A stretch of 64,000 nucleotides of DNA from Haplodiscus bocki (GCA_965655095.1 OZ296659.1:45260001-45324000); one strand, 5' to 3'. Positions 23,629 through 35,945 are shown, counted from the first letter of the stretch. Made by a program: numbers and translations. Notes: generated from the sequence alone by a model not told the origin.

Positions 23629-25656
23629 ATGGACCAACTTTTGCCTGCAAAGTACTTAATAGTTCTATCCCACGATGTTCCGGGTGCAGTTGAGACGTTT
23701 CTGAAAGAAACTTTGAGAATTAATGGCCTACATGTTGAAAAAGGAAGCCTTGGTGATCAGAAAGTTCTCTGCGTATCAGCTCCCTTCGAAATTTTTGCCG
23801 CCAAGGCTGAAGTCATAGGAATTGAAAAGAGTTTTAAACACGAAAATGAATTATATCTCATGCCTTTCAAAATGAAGTTATTGGAAAGTTACGAAACATC
23901 CGATTACTCGAGTTTCTTCACAGCTGCACAACAAACGCTTTTGCTCCGACTTGTACTTCAAAGCATTCCAGTGGAAGCCAGGACTTTAAATGAAATGGGA
24001 GTTGTTTTGAAGAAAAATTTAGCGAAATCGAGAAAAAATGATTTGCTCGAAGTTGAACTCCTTAGCGCCCTGCAAAACTGCAAAAACCGTGTTATAGAGG
24101 AACATTTTCCCCTTCACGATGACAGTGCCAGAAACAAATTGTGGGAGAAGTTCAAATCGGAACCTTGGACTACTCCTATTGCTGAATTGCAAACCTATTT
24201 TGGTGAAGAAGTAACTTTCTATTTTGCGTGGGTCAATCATTTCATGCGATCCTTAATCTTTCCTGGAATAATTGGCCTTGTGCTCTATTTTATTCGTCCA
24301 AAAGGTGCTGATGTCGACCATGCAAAATGGTTGCCGGGGTTTGCTATGATGGTATGCTGTTGGTCTGTTTTATTCACTGTTATCTGGCGACGCAAACAGA
24401 CATCCTATGCTTTCAAATGGGATACATGTGACTTTGAAAGAGTAGTGGAGCAACGCCCTGAATTCTTTGGAGACGTGCGTTCAAGTCCTGTAACTGGTCT
24501 TCCTGAACTCTACTACCCAACATGGAAAAAGATGTTTCGATATTGCATCAGCTTTTTAGCGGCAACGCCAATGTTGATGTTGGCAGTCAAGGCCATGTTA
24601 TTATCGCTCAATTTGAATGGTTATATCAAAGATCCTGATAGTATTTTTTATGTTCACTTTTTGTGCCAATACGCAGAACCAGGAGCTATTTTTGCCCAAG
24701 ATAGTCCCTATAACTTATGGATTGTGCCAACTTTAATGCATTCTCTTATGATATTCATTCTTGGATCAATTTATCGCCATATAGCTGTTTGGTGCACTGA
24801 TTTTGAGAATCATCGCACTGTTGAACAGTGGAATAACTCGTTCATTACGAAACGATTTTTGTTTGAAGCTTTTGATTGCTACACGCCATTGTTTTATATA
24901 GCTTTCTATCGCCTTGACATCAACTCTCTGCGTAGTGAGTTGGTAGGATTGTTTTGGGGCGATGAAATTCGTCGCCTCTCCGTAGAAGTACTTATTCCTT
25001 TGGTTTTATCATTCTTCAAACAGCGGGACGCAGATAAGAAATATCAAGAGACCAAAAAGAATGATAGCATATGTACAGCCTCGAACCTCAAACCTACCTC
25101 AGGCATCGATTGGCTGCAAGCTGAGAAAGAATTAGGCAAAGATGAGTACGAAGAATTTGACGACTATCTGGAGATGGTAATTCAGTTCGGTTACGTAACC
25201 TTATTCGCTTCCGCTATGCCTCTATGCTCAATCATATCAGTCATCTTTCTATTCATCGAAACTAAAGCCGATTGTTTTAAACTACTTTTTCTGTACAAAC
25301 GTCCACATTCAAGAAGAGCTGCCAACATCGGAGTGTGGTTGCGAGTTTTGGATATGATGACCATGTTGTCATTGCTGACAAATGTCTTGCTGATTGGGTT
25401 CTCATCGGAACAACTGCAAATGTGGTTTCCACAGTATTATGATTTCTACGAGAACGATCATTGGATCAAGATGGGAAGTGGTCGCTATGTCGTGGCCGTT
25501 GTTTTCATCATGGAACATGCGTTAGCAGTGTTTGCAGCTGTTGCACATATTTTTGTGGAATACGAATCTAAACAAACCAGAAATGAGAGATTACGCAAAG
25601 AGTATTTGCAGAAGCAAATTGAACTTTCGCCCCTTTGGAGGAATTCAAAGGTGTAA
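23629..25656 (+). CDS. Anoctamin/TMEM16 family Ca2+-activated scramblase/channel (ANO10/TMEM16K-like), 675 aa, single coding exon
   Basis: Only long intact ORF; ATG in GCCATGG context; motifs FPLHD, YFGEEVTFYFAW, ENHRT, FDDYLEMVIQFGYVTLF, ETKADCFKL...RP, NIGVW; multiple hydrophobic segments. Confidence 0.95.
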   Translation: MDQLLPAKYLIVLSHDVPGAVETFLKETLRINGLHVEKGSLGDQKVLCVSAPFEIFAAKAEVIGIEKSFKHENELYLMPFKMKLLESYETSDYSSFFTAAQQTLLLRLVLQSIPVEARTLNEMGVVLKKNLAKSRKNDLLEVELLSALQNCKNRVIEEHFPLHDDSARNKLWEKFKSEPWTTPIAELQTYFGEEVTFYFAWVNHFMRSLIFPGIIGLVLYFIRPKGADVDHAKWLPGFAMMVCCWSVLFTVIWRRKQTSYAFKWDTCDFERVVEQRPEFFGDVRSSPVTGLPELYYPTWKKMFRYCISFLAATPMLMLAVKAMLLSLNLNGYIKDPDSIFYVHFLCQYAEPGAIFAQDSPYNLWIVPTLMHSLMIFILGSIYRHIAVWCTDFENHRTVEQWNNSFITKRFLFEAFDCYTPLFYIAFYRLDINSLRSELVGLFWGDEIRRLSVEVLIPLVLSFFKQRDADKKYQETKKNDSICTASNLKPTSGIDWLQAEKELGKDEYEEFDDYLEMVIQFGYVTLFASAMPLCSIISVIFLFIETKADCFKLLFLYKRPHSRRAANIGVWLRVLDMMTMLSLLTNVLLIGFSSEQLQMWFPQYYDFYENDHWIKMGSGRYVVAVVFIMEHALAVFAAVAHIFVEYESKQTRNERLRKEYLQKQIELSPLWRNSKV

Positions 25657-25914
25657 TTCAGGTAAAAATAGAAAAATAATGAAACTTTGTCTCTTTATCT
25701 CCACCTCAGCTTTGTCGTAATCTGAATATTTAAAAAAAATCTATGAATTATAATTTTTATCAGAATATTTTGGTGTATTCATTTTCAATTATTTCAGTCC
25801 AGAAAATCAAATCTTATTCAATAGGAGTGTTTTAAACCTTTTCAGCTGATAGAAATACTGATGCTGACAAAATATCAGAGTTCTCGAAAAGAAAGACATA
25901 AGTTGTGGTTAAAT

Positions 25915-26220
25915 GATACGCTTTTAAAGGTAAAATTTTTTGGAAAAATAGATGGGTTTTTCGAAAAAAAACTTTTTTTAAACCGCTAAATGTGGCAAAT
26001 TTTTGGAAGAATGCGTATCAATTGGTATTATTTCTTTAAAATGTCTTTCCAACCTGTTTTTGATGTTTTTTTTTGGCTTGGAATCAGAGAATTCTTAGAG
26101 TTAGAAAATATGATGAAGAAACAGAGTATTTTGGGAAAAAACGCTTCTATCTCTTGCAGTCAGTCATCTGTACCAAAATGAGAAGGCGAGAAATATGCCG
26201 GTGATAGCCGGCCGTTTTTT
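25915..26220 (-). mobile_element. HINE-like repeat copy 2 (partial)
   Basis: gaatgcgtatcaattggtattattt... ending gccggtgatagccggccgttttt; homologous to 30955-31470. Confidence 0.7.
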
Positions 26221-26399
26221 TAAATCCCGCTAACTTGCCCATGGCGCAACTCTTCTTTTCATTAGTAATAAAAAACGCAGCCAACCTCTAGTTCTAGATG
26301 ATTTCTGTCCATTGAGCTGCTGGTTAAAACAAAAGCTACCTTTGAATGTCCAGAGAACCTTAAGTCTTTCATGAACCTTAAAAATAACCGCTTTGACCT

Positions 26400-27000
26400 C
26401 AGCATATACGGTAGGATATAAAGTAGCATAGACGGTAGCATATAAAGTAGGATACGGTCATCAAGTATTTAGGCATGGAGCTCGATAAATGCTTGAACTT
26501 CAAAAGTCATATGATTAATTTTGAAAAGAAGTGAGCGCATTTTCTGGTGTGAGACAGCGCTTACTAAAAAAAAATTCCTCACTTTAATATTACTTGACTA
26601 ATGTTCTCATTATAAACGGAATATTCAGCACGGAGGACGGGTCGCAGCACCTCTACTACTTCTTTCACGTCAAAAGGAGATTGTAGCAAAATGATATGGC
26701 TTAAATGAACGCGGGAATCGGCTTTTGATGAATTTTTGACTGTTTTTGAATTGTATGCGCACTACCTTTTGAAATTTACTTTGAGAAGCACTGATAATCA
26801 TGATTTGCATGACGATTTAAATCAAGTTTGTCTAAAAGAGAAATCATCAAGTTACACTAAATTGTTCACGAAACGATTTGTGAATGATTTTATTTACTAC
26901 AAGGCTTCTTCGATTCAGGTCAGAAGTTCCAAATTGATTATCTTATGCTCAAAAACCACATTTTATAACAAAATTGTGGTCAGCTGTCTGAGAATGAAAC
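26400..27000 (+). mobile_element. CR1/L2-like LINE RT C-terminal fragment
   Basis: VIKYLGMELDKCLNFKSHM at ~26457-26515 (KYLGxxLDxxLxFxxH). Confidence 0.6.
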
Positions 27001-27724
27001 TGAATTTTCAGTTCATAATTTTCAGATTCTTTTGTCAGAATGAAGCGCTGATACGAGAAATTTTTGTTCTTTTTTGGAATGCTTCTTTTCGGTTGTTTTT
27101 TTTGTTTTTGTTCTTAAAAATCAATTACGAGTAGTAGAGCGCCGTCAAGTCCGTTCCTATAGTGATCAGATCACGGAAAAGTCTTTTTGACCCATATATT
27201 TAGTACGAAGGGCCTAAGGAGTGTTCGTCGACGAAATTGATTCAGAGACTTTTGGACGTACAATCACTATTTACGTCGTAGTCGCTCTTCGATAAAACAC
27301 CCAAACTGGCGATCCCAAGGGGAGTTATACTGGCCTCAAATATAGCAATTTTTTCACTCAACCAGGAACCTGTGATTTTCCCGTTTTCTCTAGAAGGAAA
27401 AAATTCCTTCAGAGTTTCTTTACCTGTTTCTCATTCTGAAAATAGAATAATGGCTGGTTTAATAGGAGGACGTCAAGTCCCTTTCGCCTGTCCTTTCCAA
27501 AAAGTAAATGGTTGGTTCTAAATGGCAAAATTACTTAATGTTTTTTTCTCATTTTGGTAGCCAAATCACTTCGTCAATTTAGAGAAATTTAAGCTTATTT
27601 ACGGTATCACTCAATTGTGAAGCGCAGATTCCCCGTCTGAACATTTTTTGAAATTTAAAAAACAGTTCTACGAAAAGTTTTCTACGAACGTCAGTTCCAC
27701 CATTGATTTCTATATCTTATGCAA

Positions 27725-28170
27725 AGGAGGGGAAATCACGATTTTCCTTTGAAAATTTTTTGTATCACAGTACCGAAAAATTTCGTAGGGGAACCCTTCC
27801 TGGTTTCAGAAAATTTCTGGTATCGAAAATTTTCATGCATAACAGGGGCGGGTACCACGATTTTCCGTCGTATTAATAAAATTTAAAAATGTAGGTAAAG
27901 GCTGGGATTCGAACCCGTACATACCGCTTCAGAGCCTTGTTGTCCTACCCACTTTGCCGTGGAAACAATTGGAAATTCTGACAAGCGTCAGTGAAATCAT
28001 AAGAATTTATGGCCCCACAGAGATTCGAACCCGGACCTACTGGTTGAGAAATTTTTGTCTGCTCAAATTTATTTTTGAATAAAGAGTCGGCAAAAATACA
28101 GTGATAAAAAAAGAAACGACCCCACTATACTGAATGAGATCTTTCTTGCATATTTGAATATGCGGCGAAT
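27725..28170 (-). mobile_element. Repeat carrying two tRNA-derived (Pol III B-box) segments; SINE-like
   Basis: Minus strand: ggttcgaatctctgtggggcca (~28010-28031) and agtgggtagg...gggttcgaatcccagcc (~27900-27953); no complete cloverleaf. Confidence 0.6.
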
Positions 28171-29558
28171 GAGCGTTGTAACTCTACCTTGTTTTTAGTC
28201 GGCGTTTTATCAAGTAAAATGCCCGACTGCTCTTGTGGCTCGTTTTGTCTCGCCAGCCTCACTGCTAAAGGGCCTGCCTGTTTTAGCAAAATATATTCTT
28301 GGCTTTATGGTTTTTCAGTGACATAGTGAGTAATACAAACGAGTTTCGAATCCAAAGGGCAAAAGCTCCAATCCCACTTAAAGCTGCTGCTTGTTACCAC
28401 ATTTTCCAAAAAAAACATACCAACTGCATGCCTGTTTCCTTAAAAATGGACCTGTAGTTCAAATTTTTCCCTCGGTATCCCCGCCATATGGATCTACCGA
28501 AAATTATTCCCAACACTAAAACCCTCCCCCTTTAAAGGAAGCTGTGCCTTTCGAGCTTGTCTTGGTGTAATCAGATCTCCAACCGCAATAGTTTCCTGCT
28601 TCAGTTCTAAAGAAATAATACGTTCTCAAAAAAATTAAAACACTTGAATTGAGAAAATGAGATTAAAATATTCCATTTGAGAAGATATACGAACATTCAA
28701 AAGGTCCTACACTGATTCGAAAAAAATGAAACACCGTGAAAAAATATATATTCAGTAAGTTTACTATTCAGAGGTGAGTGATTCCGTTAAATTCGCCAAC
28801 CGAAACAGTGAAGATGCTCAGGAATCACTCACGTGAGCTGGGTGTGTTATAGAATTAACTTATTAACCTAATGCAATACGCTGTTTACTTTCAGTGTATT
28901 GCCCCACCTCAAAGCATAGAAGTTTAACTGAAGCGAAAGGTTAAACTCGATCGTACATCAAAAAACTATTTATTTAACTCAGCCTTCCCTCCTCCGCATT
29001 CCTTGATGCTTCGGTAACTTCGCATAATTTGACTTCGATGCTCGAGTTCCTTTCAAGCATAGGTTGGAAGTCCGTGAGAGCGCAAAACTAACTTTAGTTT
29101 GTGTATACGCAATGATGTTAGCGTACCCCTCATTCTCTTTTACTGGGTTTTGCTGCGAGACGTCTCATGGGTCGTATTGCAGTGAGACCTACGCCCCCTG
29201 TGCATGCAATCAGTAATGGATTGAAGCTAGAGTTGCTCATATTTTTTTTCAGTTTTCGAGGATCTATTCCAGACTCGGTGATTCCCTTAGGGCCGACTAA
29301 AAAAAACATTTATACGATTTTCAACAGAAACATCATACGTCGCAGTCGACAAATCTGGAGTGTTTTTCCAATCAATCGAATGAATTGGTGTACGAATTCG
29401 AAGACAGCATTTCGATTGAAACCAAGTTATCCAGATTCTCGTATAGCGGTGGAGATCATCCCGAACGTAGAGTGGTGTTTGCGCGAGTATATACACGATT
29501 CAGAAGTAAGACGCAGAAATGGGAAATATTGATACATTTGTTTCGAAGAAATGTGAAA

Positions 29559-30067
29559 ACAAGACGGCCGGCCACCACCGGCATATTTTCGCCCTCTACC
29601 TTTGCTAAAGATACCTTTTAGAAGGAAGAAAGCGTTTTCTCAGAAAAATACTATCGTCAGCGAATTTTGATTTTTTTTTTCACATTTACAATTTCTGATT
29701 TCTTAAAAACTCTTGATTCAGATAGAAAAAAGTACCTTGTTGCAAAATTATTTCATTTGATTAGCATTCTACAGCAAATTTACCGCTCTTACCGATTTTG
29801 AAAAAAAAAGAAGAATTTTTTCAAAGAAACCCTTCACTTTTTTTAAAAAAAAAAAATTTGTACGTTTTGAGAAATCTTACTTCAGTCGCATTCTACAGTA
29901 GATTTGCTAGAATTGGGTGATAAAAAAACTTTTACGGTTAAAACATAGGACACTTTCACTCACATCGGACAATATCAATTAACTAAAACGTTTAAAAAAC
30001 GTTCGATTTCAGCATTTTTAGTGGATGCTTTTCCTTCCCTATTATAAATATAGGCAGAAAATAATAA
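29559..30067 (+). mobile_element. HINE-like repeat copy 3
   Basis: acaagacggccggccaccaccggcatattttcgccc ... gcattctacagcaaattt ... gcagaaaataataa. Confidence 0.75.
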
Positions 30068-30954
30068 CGCCAAAAGACCTAAGTTAGACTTTTGAGTTGC
30101 CGGCGAATTTTTTTTCAAGTTTCCGAAAGTTATGGATATCAGTTTCAGAACACAATCGATTTATTATTAAGCTGGCTAAGGCCGGCTCATTACAATCGAC
30201 GTTTGTTGTTTGGCCGTTGCCAACTCGCAATATTTGGTTATGTTTGCTTGTTTCCCTGTAAAGTGTAGAAGAAACCTTGCTGCGCTAGTGGAGAAGGCTT
30301 ACTCGGCTGGTGGAAATGTTTGAAATCTGACAAAATCTCAATGTAGGAAATGAAATGAAACGAAAAAGTCGAAATAATGATGGGACCGCTGAAGCGGAGG
30401 AATGGATAATTATTTACCTGAGCGTTTTTCAGACGCTGTTTTTTCCTTAGCTGCTGATTAGATTGCATTCATGTACTCTCAAACAGCTCGCAAAAGTGAC
30501 TGAAAGCCACAGATCTCCATTTTCATATATTTTGCGGAAGTAGTCAATTTATTTAAGCTTCGAAATTAAGATATCTTTTTAAACAGAATGATGTTTTCGA
30601 AAGTGATTGTCGTGAACACTAGCCTCATTAAAATCTGCCAATTTTAGTTCACTTACTGACTAATCAGAAAGTCTACTGGCAGAGAGCAATTTCCATATGC
30701 ATACATTATCCGAGAGAATGTTTCACCTGATACTTTGAAACATCGATTACCTCTTAGCGGAATTATTTTTCGTAAGAAATTTTCTTGAAAAAATTTTGCC
30801 TGGGATGCAATCATCATTTTGAATATAAGTTGTGTCAGCTCTGAAAATCAGATGGGAACCAGGGATCTTCATCTTATTCGTTATTTAGATTTTTCAAAGT
30901 GAATGATATTTTCGTGTTTTTCCTGAACATTGGTTGCATTGCAACCCGGCTCTG

Positions 30955-31470
30955 TTTTTATTTTGCGCCATATTTAAAATATGGAAGCAAAATCTTCCTC
31001 TCAAATGCACTATTTCTGACGTTTTTTACCCGATTTTTGCCAATTGCGTTCGCGCCACATCGACAAGTTAGTTCACGCTATTGATCGTGAAATTATTTTT
31101 TTACCAAATTGTAGCAAATTTGCCGTAGAATGTGACTGGAATATTAAGAATTTTGAAAATGTTCAAAATTTGGGGTTTTTTTCGGAAAAATAGATGAGTT
31201 TTTTGAAAAAACTTGAATTTTTTTTCAAAATCGATAAAGGTGGCAAATTTGCTGTAAAATGCGTATCAATTGGTATTATTTCGTAAAATGTCTTTTCCGC
31301 CCTACTGATGAGGTTTTTTTGTCGAAAAATCGGAAAATTTCGAAAGTTGGAGAATTTAGAAGATGTGATGAAGAAAGTTTTTTCCAGAAAAAAAAACGTT
31401 TTTATCTTAAAAGGCTTCTTTACAAAAATGGGAAGGCGCAAAATATGCCGGTGGTAGCCGGCCGTCTTGT
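30955..31470 (-). mobile_element. HINE-like repeat copy 4
   Basis: Reverse-complement homolog of copy 3, ending gccggtggtagccggccgtcttgtt. Confidence 0.75.
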
Positions 31471-31599
31471 TGCAATTATTTCCAATTGGTGAAGTTTAGT
31501 AGATGTCGACCATTGCTAATCTCAAACAATTTGAGGAAACATTTCCTTACTTTGACTTGGAAATATTTTTAGTCGATGAGGTTTTTGGAAGTGATTTTC

Positions 31600-34300
31600 T
31601 TAACACAATTGATGGATAAAGGTCCAATATCCTGTCATGTTGCCAGCTTTGCGAGGCCTCGCTTCGCTCTTCTAAGGCAAATAAATTGCGTCAGTGTTTC
31701 GTGGGTTGCCGCTCAAATTCATCATATAGATTTAGTGTTATTTACTTCGGACATGGGAATTGGCTTGATTTACACGATGGACAAAAATATGCCGGGGAAA
31801 AGAGTTGAGGAAAAAGTAAAGTTGGAGGAAATTGCAGCTGCTGAAAATTTAACAGCCGCATTTCTGTTCTGGCTGATCTTCTAATCGTGATGACGTTGCC
31901 ACGGGTTCGAGAGATGTTGCATCGTTTGAAGGGTTTTGTATGTCGGTTGCTACTGTCCTTGTTGACCAGAGAGATTTCACTTATCACAAAGGTTGCGAAT
32001 TTTAGCACGTGGCATTTCTTGATGATCAATGGAGTTTAAAAAAAATTGGTGGGATGTTGGAAAAAGTGTGGACATGAGTCTCACTTTTTACCAACCTTGA
32101 TCTGGTAGATATTAATCAGGTGCAAGTACCCGGAGCAAAGTTCACATAAGTTGGTGGGAACAGGTTGGGGATTTACATTGTCTCCTTTGCACTTTGGGGA
32201 GAGGACATTAGAAATTTGTCATGTTCAGGATCCGGCGTATGCTAAAGCTGTTGTGCGGAAATATTTGGGATGCAAATTTTGGCATTTTGGTTACGAGGAT
32301 TGTGGAGACGTGATGAGCTATCGCAGGTTTCGGCTGTAAAAGAGTTCACGTTTATGTGCTAAGAAGCGACAGATGTATTACTTATTTCACTGTTTTATTA
32401 TGTATCAAAACTTCGATCCCAAAGGTCGAGAAATTTGTGGTGAATCAGGGACGCATAATCAAAACGAGAAGTAACCAATTTACTCGACGTGTTCACCTCG
32501 ATTTTCGTCTGAGTATCGAAGAATTTGAAAATTCCTGGATGCTGCGTAGCGGTTACGTCAGCTGAGTTAAATATAAAGACAATCTAGTAGTGTATGTCCA
32601 CGTTCGGTCGCTACAGGGCTACACCACTTATGGGTTGATCATGGTCTCTTCAATTTGTTTTTGGCAAATGGTAGATGGTTGTGATTATAATAGAGTTTGC
32701 CAGCTCACATACGGTGGACTGCCGACCATTTCAGACACATGTACTTGTTTGCTGTGAAACATCAATGATGAACTTCACTTTAAAAAAGAGTTCGTTGCTA
32801 TTATTTTCTCAACTTGTAAGCGTAGATCTAGTAAGAGCAAATCGTTTGATGGAAGAGGGGTTTCGCCGTCTCATATGTCTAGCAACTAGCTTTCAAGCCA
32901 TTTTACTGTCGAAGGGTCGAGCCTCCTTACACCTACTTTTCTACGGGGCGGTTTTAGACTTTTGCAATGGATCAAGATATGTTCTGCTATTTTGGGAGCT
33001 TCACCACGGGTACACTTTGCGTCATCGATGTAGCCCCACTTCTGGGGCAGTTTCTGAAACGGCCATATCCCGAGCGTAGCCTGTTTAGTTAACACCAGGC
33101 TCGTCTGGACAGATGTGCTCCGATGGGAAGATCGACAAGGGGGATATCAATGAACTGTCTCAGGTTGTTGATGGAGTCGCTCCAGATGTTCCGCCATTTT
33201 CTATATGTCAATTACATCTCCATTCATGTTTACAAATATCTTTCAGGATCTTTGATCTCAACTGACGAGTCAGAATGCGCTGCGAAGTTTTGCTTCACCT
33301 CTGTGTAATAATTTTTGATTGTTGTCCAATTATTTTGACAGATTTTCATTGCGAAATTACATCTTGCGTAGAAGTAATTGGAAAAATTCCATTTTCGACA
33401 ATGAAATTGGGTCCCTCATCTTGAACCTGGGTGGCTTACTCATCTCATTTTTCGTGGAAGGCAATGGAAAGACACCAATGTATCATCATATATCAAGGTT
33501 TGGTTCCGGTCGGAAAGTTTTCGATGTTTTTGTCTGCGAAACAAATTTGAAAATTGAGCTGTTTTGAGAATAAATGTCCTATCAGAAATGCCATATCTTC
33601 CACCTGTTTCTCTACTTCGTTCTGCTTAGCTAAGTCAAAGAGAGTCTGATTAAACATATTCTTTTTTTTAGATGGAAACCGAAAGTTTTGCCTGGTTTTA
33701 CGCGAAAAACTCACAATGGGTTATTTGAGACTAGAATGTTCTAATTCGGCTTTTGAGTGTTGAAACCTTGGATCAAATTGCACATATAATGCAAATGTGG
33801 TTGGAAGATGAAATTGGGTCCCTCATCTTGAACCTGGGTGGCTTACTCATCTCATTTTTCGTGGAAGGCAATGGAAAGACACCAATGTATCATCATATAT
33901 CAAGGTTTGGTTCCGGTCGGAAAGTTTTCGATGTTTTTGTCTGCGAAACAAATTTGAAAATTGAGCTGTTTTGAGAATAAATGTCCTATCAGAAATGCCA
34001 TATCTTCCACCTGTTTCTCTACTTCGTTCTGCTTAGCTAAGTCAAAGAGAGTCTGATTAAACATATTCTTTTTTTTAGATGGAAACCGAAAGTTTTGCCT
34101 GGTTTTACGCGAAAAACTCACAATGGGTTATTTGAGACTAGAATGTTCTAATTCGGCTTTTGAGTGTTGAAACCTTGGATCAAATTGCACATATAATGCA
34201 AATGTGGTTGGAAGATGAAAACAGTGATTTAAAAATTTTGTGGGGTATTTTTAATTGTTGATTCAAACATAATAGTGAAAATGCATTTGGAGGTATGGGA
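31600..34300 (-). mobile_element. Degraded CR1-like LINE ORF2
   Basis: Minus strand gives PKIAEHILIHCKS...KWLE (RT N-terminal region), PISGVAL...IVFIFNS (GVPQG...IYIND) and a KY-like C-terminal motif; boundaries approximate. Confidence 0.45.
33401..34220 (+). repeat. Exact 407-bp tandem duplication (33401-33807, 33808-34214)
   Basis: The two units look identical and the ORF track shows duplicated peptides 407 bp apart; atgaaa recurs at 33401, 33808 and 34215. Confidence 0.95.
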
Positions 34301-35859
34301 GCTGAGCCGTAGATCTAATGTGTGGAAAACCAATCGAAAACAATGATGATAAAAAGTGTAGGTTTAAATCTTCCAAAAACCGTTCGTATCGATCTAATCA
34401 ACAAGAACAACTGCCCTGTTGATATATTGGAATTCTATTTTCAGAAAATTACTCGAAAAATATGTCAGAGGCTACATAATTCCCCAATAACAGACTTTAG
34501 CTAAAAATAGTTTAAATTATTTTTCCAGTGAGAGTAACTTTTGCCTAAGATGATGCCTGGCATAGCCGAAGCGGAAGGTTGGGATTTGTCACTACTCTAT
34601 TGGATACTATCTGCGCGCAAAAGCCGAGGTATCCAAAACTACGAGAAACGCCTGCTGATCTACCTACAGCTGAATTTTATTTCTAGTCACCCTCCGGAGA
34701 ACCCAAAATCCGGAAACATAAAATATTAGGTACGAAAATCCTGAAACCCAAGTCCAAGTATGCCAATATAGTTTTTCGAAAGCAATCACTGAAAACTTTC
34801 GTGATGCCCTCTTGCATATGTAGAGCCTTATAGGCAGCGCCGATTTGGGCCATACCCCGCTTGTTGTTTTTAAGCATTAAGTGAGACTTATTGCCTATAG
34901 ATCTTAGTTTTTTTTTCTGTTTTTCTTCGCACTTCACAAATGTCTTCGTGATTAACCGTCGCGGTGAGGCTGGTTGCTAAAGTGAACCGGAATGCTCCCG
35001 GCTTATTTAATCTTATTCTTTTGTTTTTACTTTCTACAAAAAGATCTTCTACAAAAAAAGCGTCACTGTTTACACTTAGGTATCAAGTATTTGTAGTCGG
35101 ATCTTAGATTCAAGTATTTGAGTGTTGGGGTGTAAATCTTCTCAAATTTTTCACATTAATTAGCATATTTTTCAACATGGTGACCATTTATCATGACTAA
35201 AATTTGTTGATTCCCAAGGCGTCGAAAAATCGCTACATCATAATTAACCAGTAGACGATTGTATGCTCCGAAGTTTTCGATGCTTTGATTTGCCCGCAGT
35301 TTTTCGTCGCGGTGAGAATTTTTACTGAATTCTACTGAATTTTACTGAAAGTTTTTTTTGCAATCTTACATGCTTAGTGCTTCATCTTTGGCACCCTTGG
35401 TGCCTAAGTTTTCTCTCTTTTTTTTGCAATGGCCGAGTGATTCAGCGAAGCTGAGCGATAGTGAATCACAGTTGTTATTCATTTGGTTCGTTTTTATTTA
35501 CTCTCTCGCTTCCTTCAGCTAAAGCGAGCGGGCGCCACTCTTCACTATTTACTCTTGCTTTCATGTACTTGATATTCTCGAATCATTTTTCTGGCTTCTT
35601 CATTATATGTCTTACTCTATTTGCAGTCGACATTTTGAAACATGAGCCGACTATTAATAACTTTTTTCGTAAGACAACAGACACTTCAAATCAATCCAAT
35701 TTTTGTACCGAGTTGGATTTTTGAATTTTTCTGGCAAATTGTTGTTTTTGATGCAACGAATTGTACCATATCTTTCATAACTTGAAGAATCAAATAAAAT
35801 TCCCCCTTTACATATACTCGAATTATCTTTGCAAAGGCAAACACGGAAAATATTTGAAA

Positions 35860-35945
35860 AATTCGTGATACCTCCCGATTAGGTAGGACAAAAGGGTTCC
35901 GAAACAACAGTTGGCGGGTTCGAACCCCGGTATAGGCTATTTTTT
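35860..35945 (+). repeat. tRNA-derived repeat head homologous to 27895-27960
   Basis: ggtaggacaaaagg...gggttcgaaccccgg matches ggtaggacaacaagg...gggttcgaatcccag. Confidence 0.55.

Noticed and set aside
27895-28050. Functional tRNA genes
   Set aside because: B-box/T-arm present, but no complete acceptor, D and anticodon stems; embedded in a dispersed repeat.
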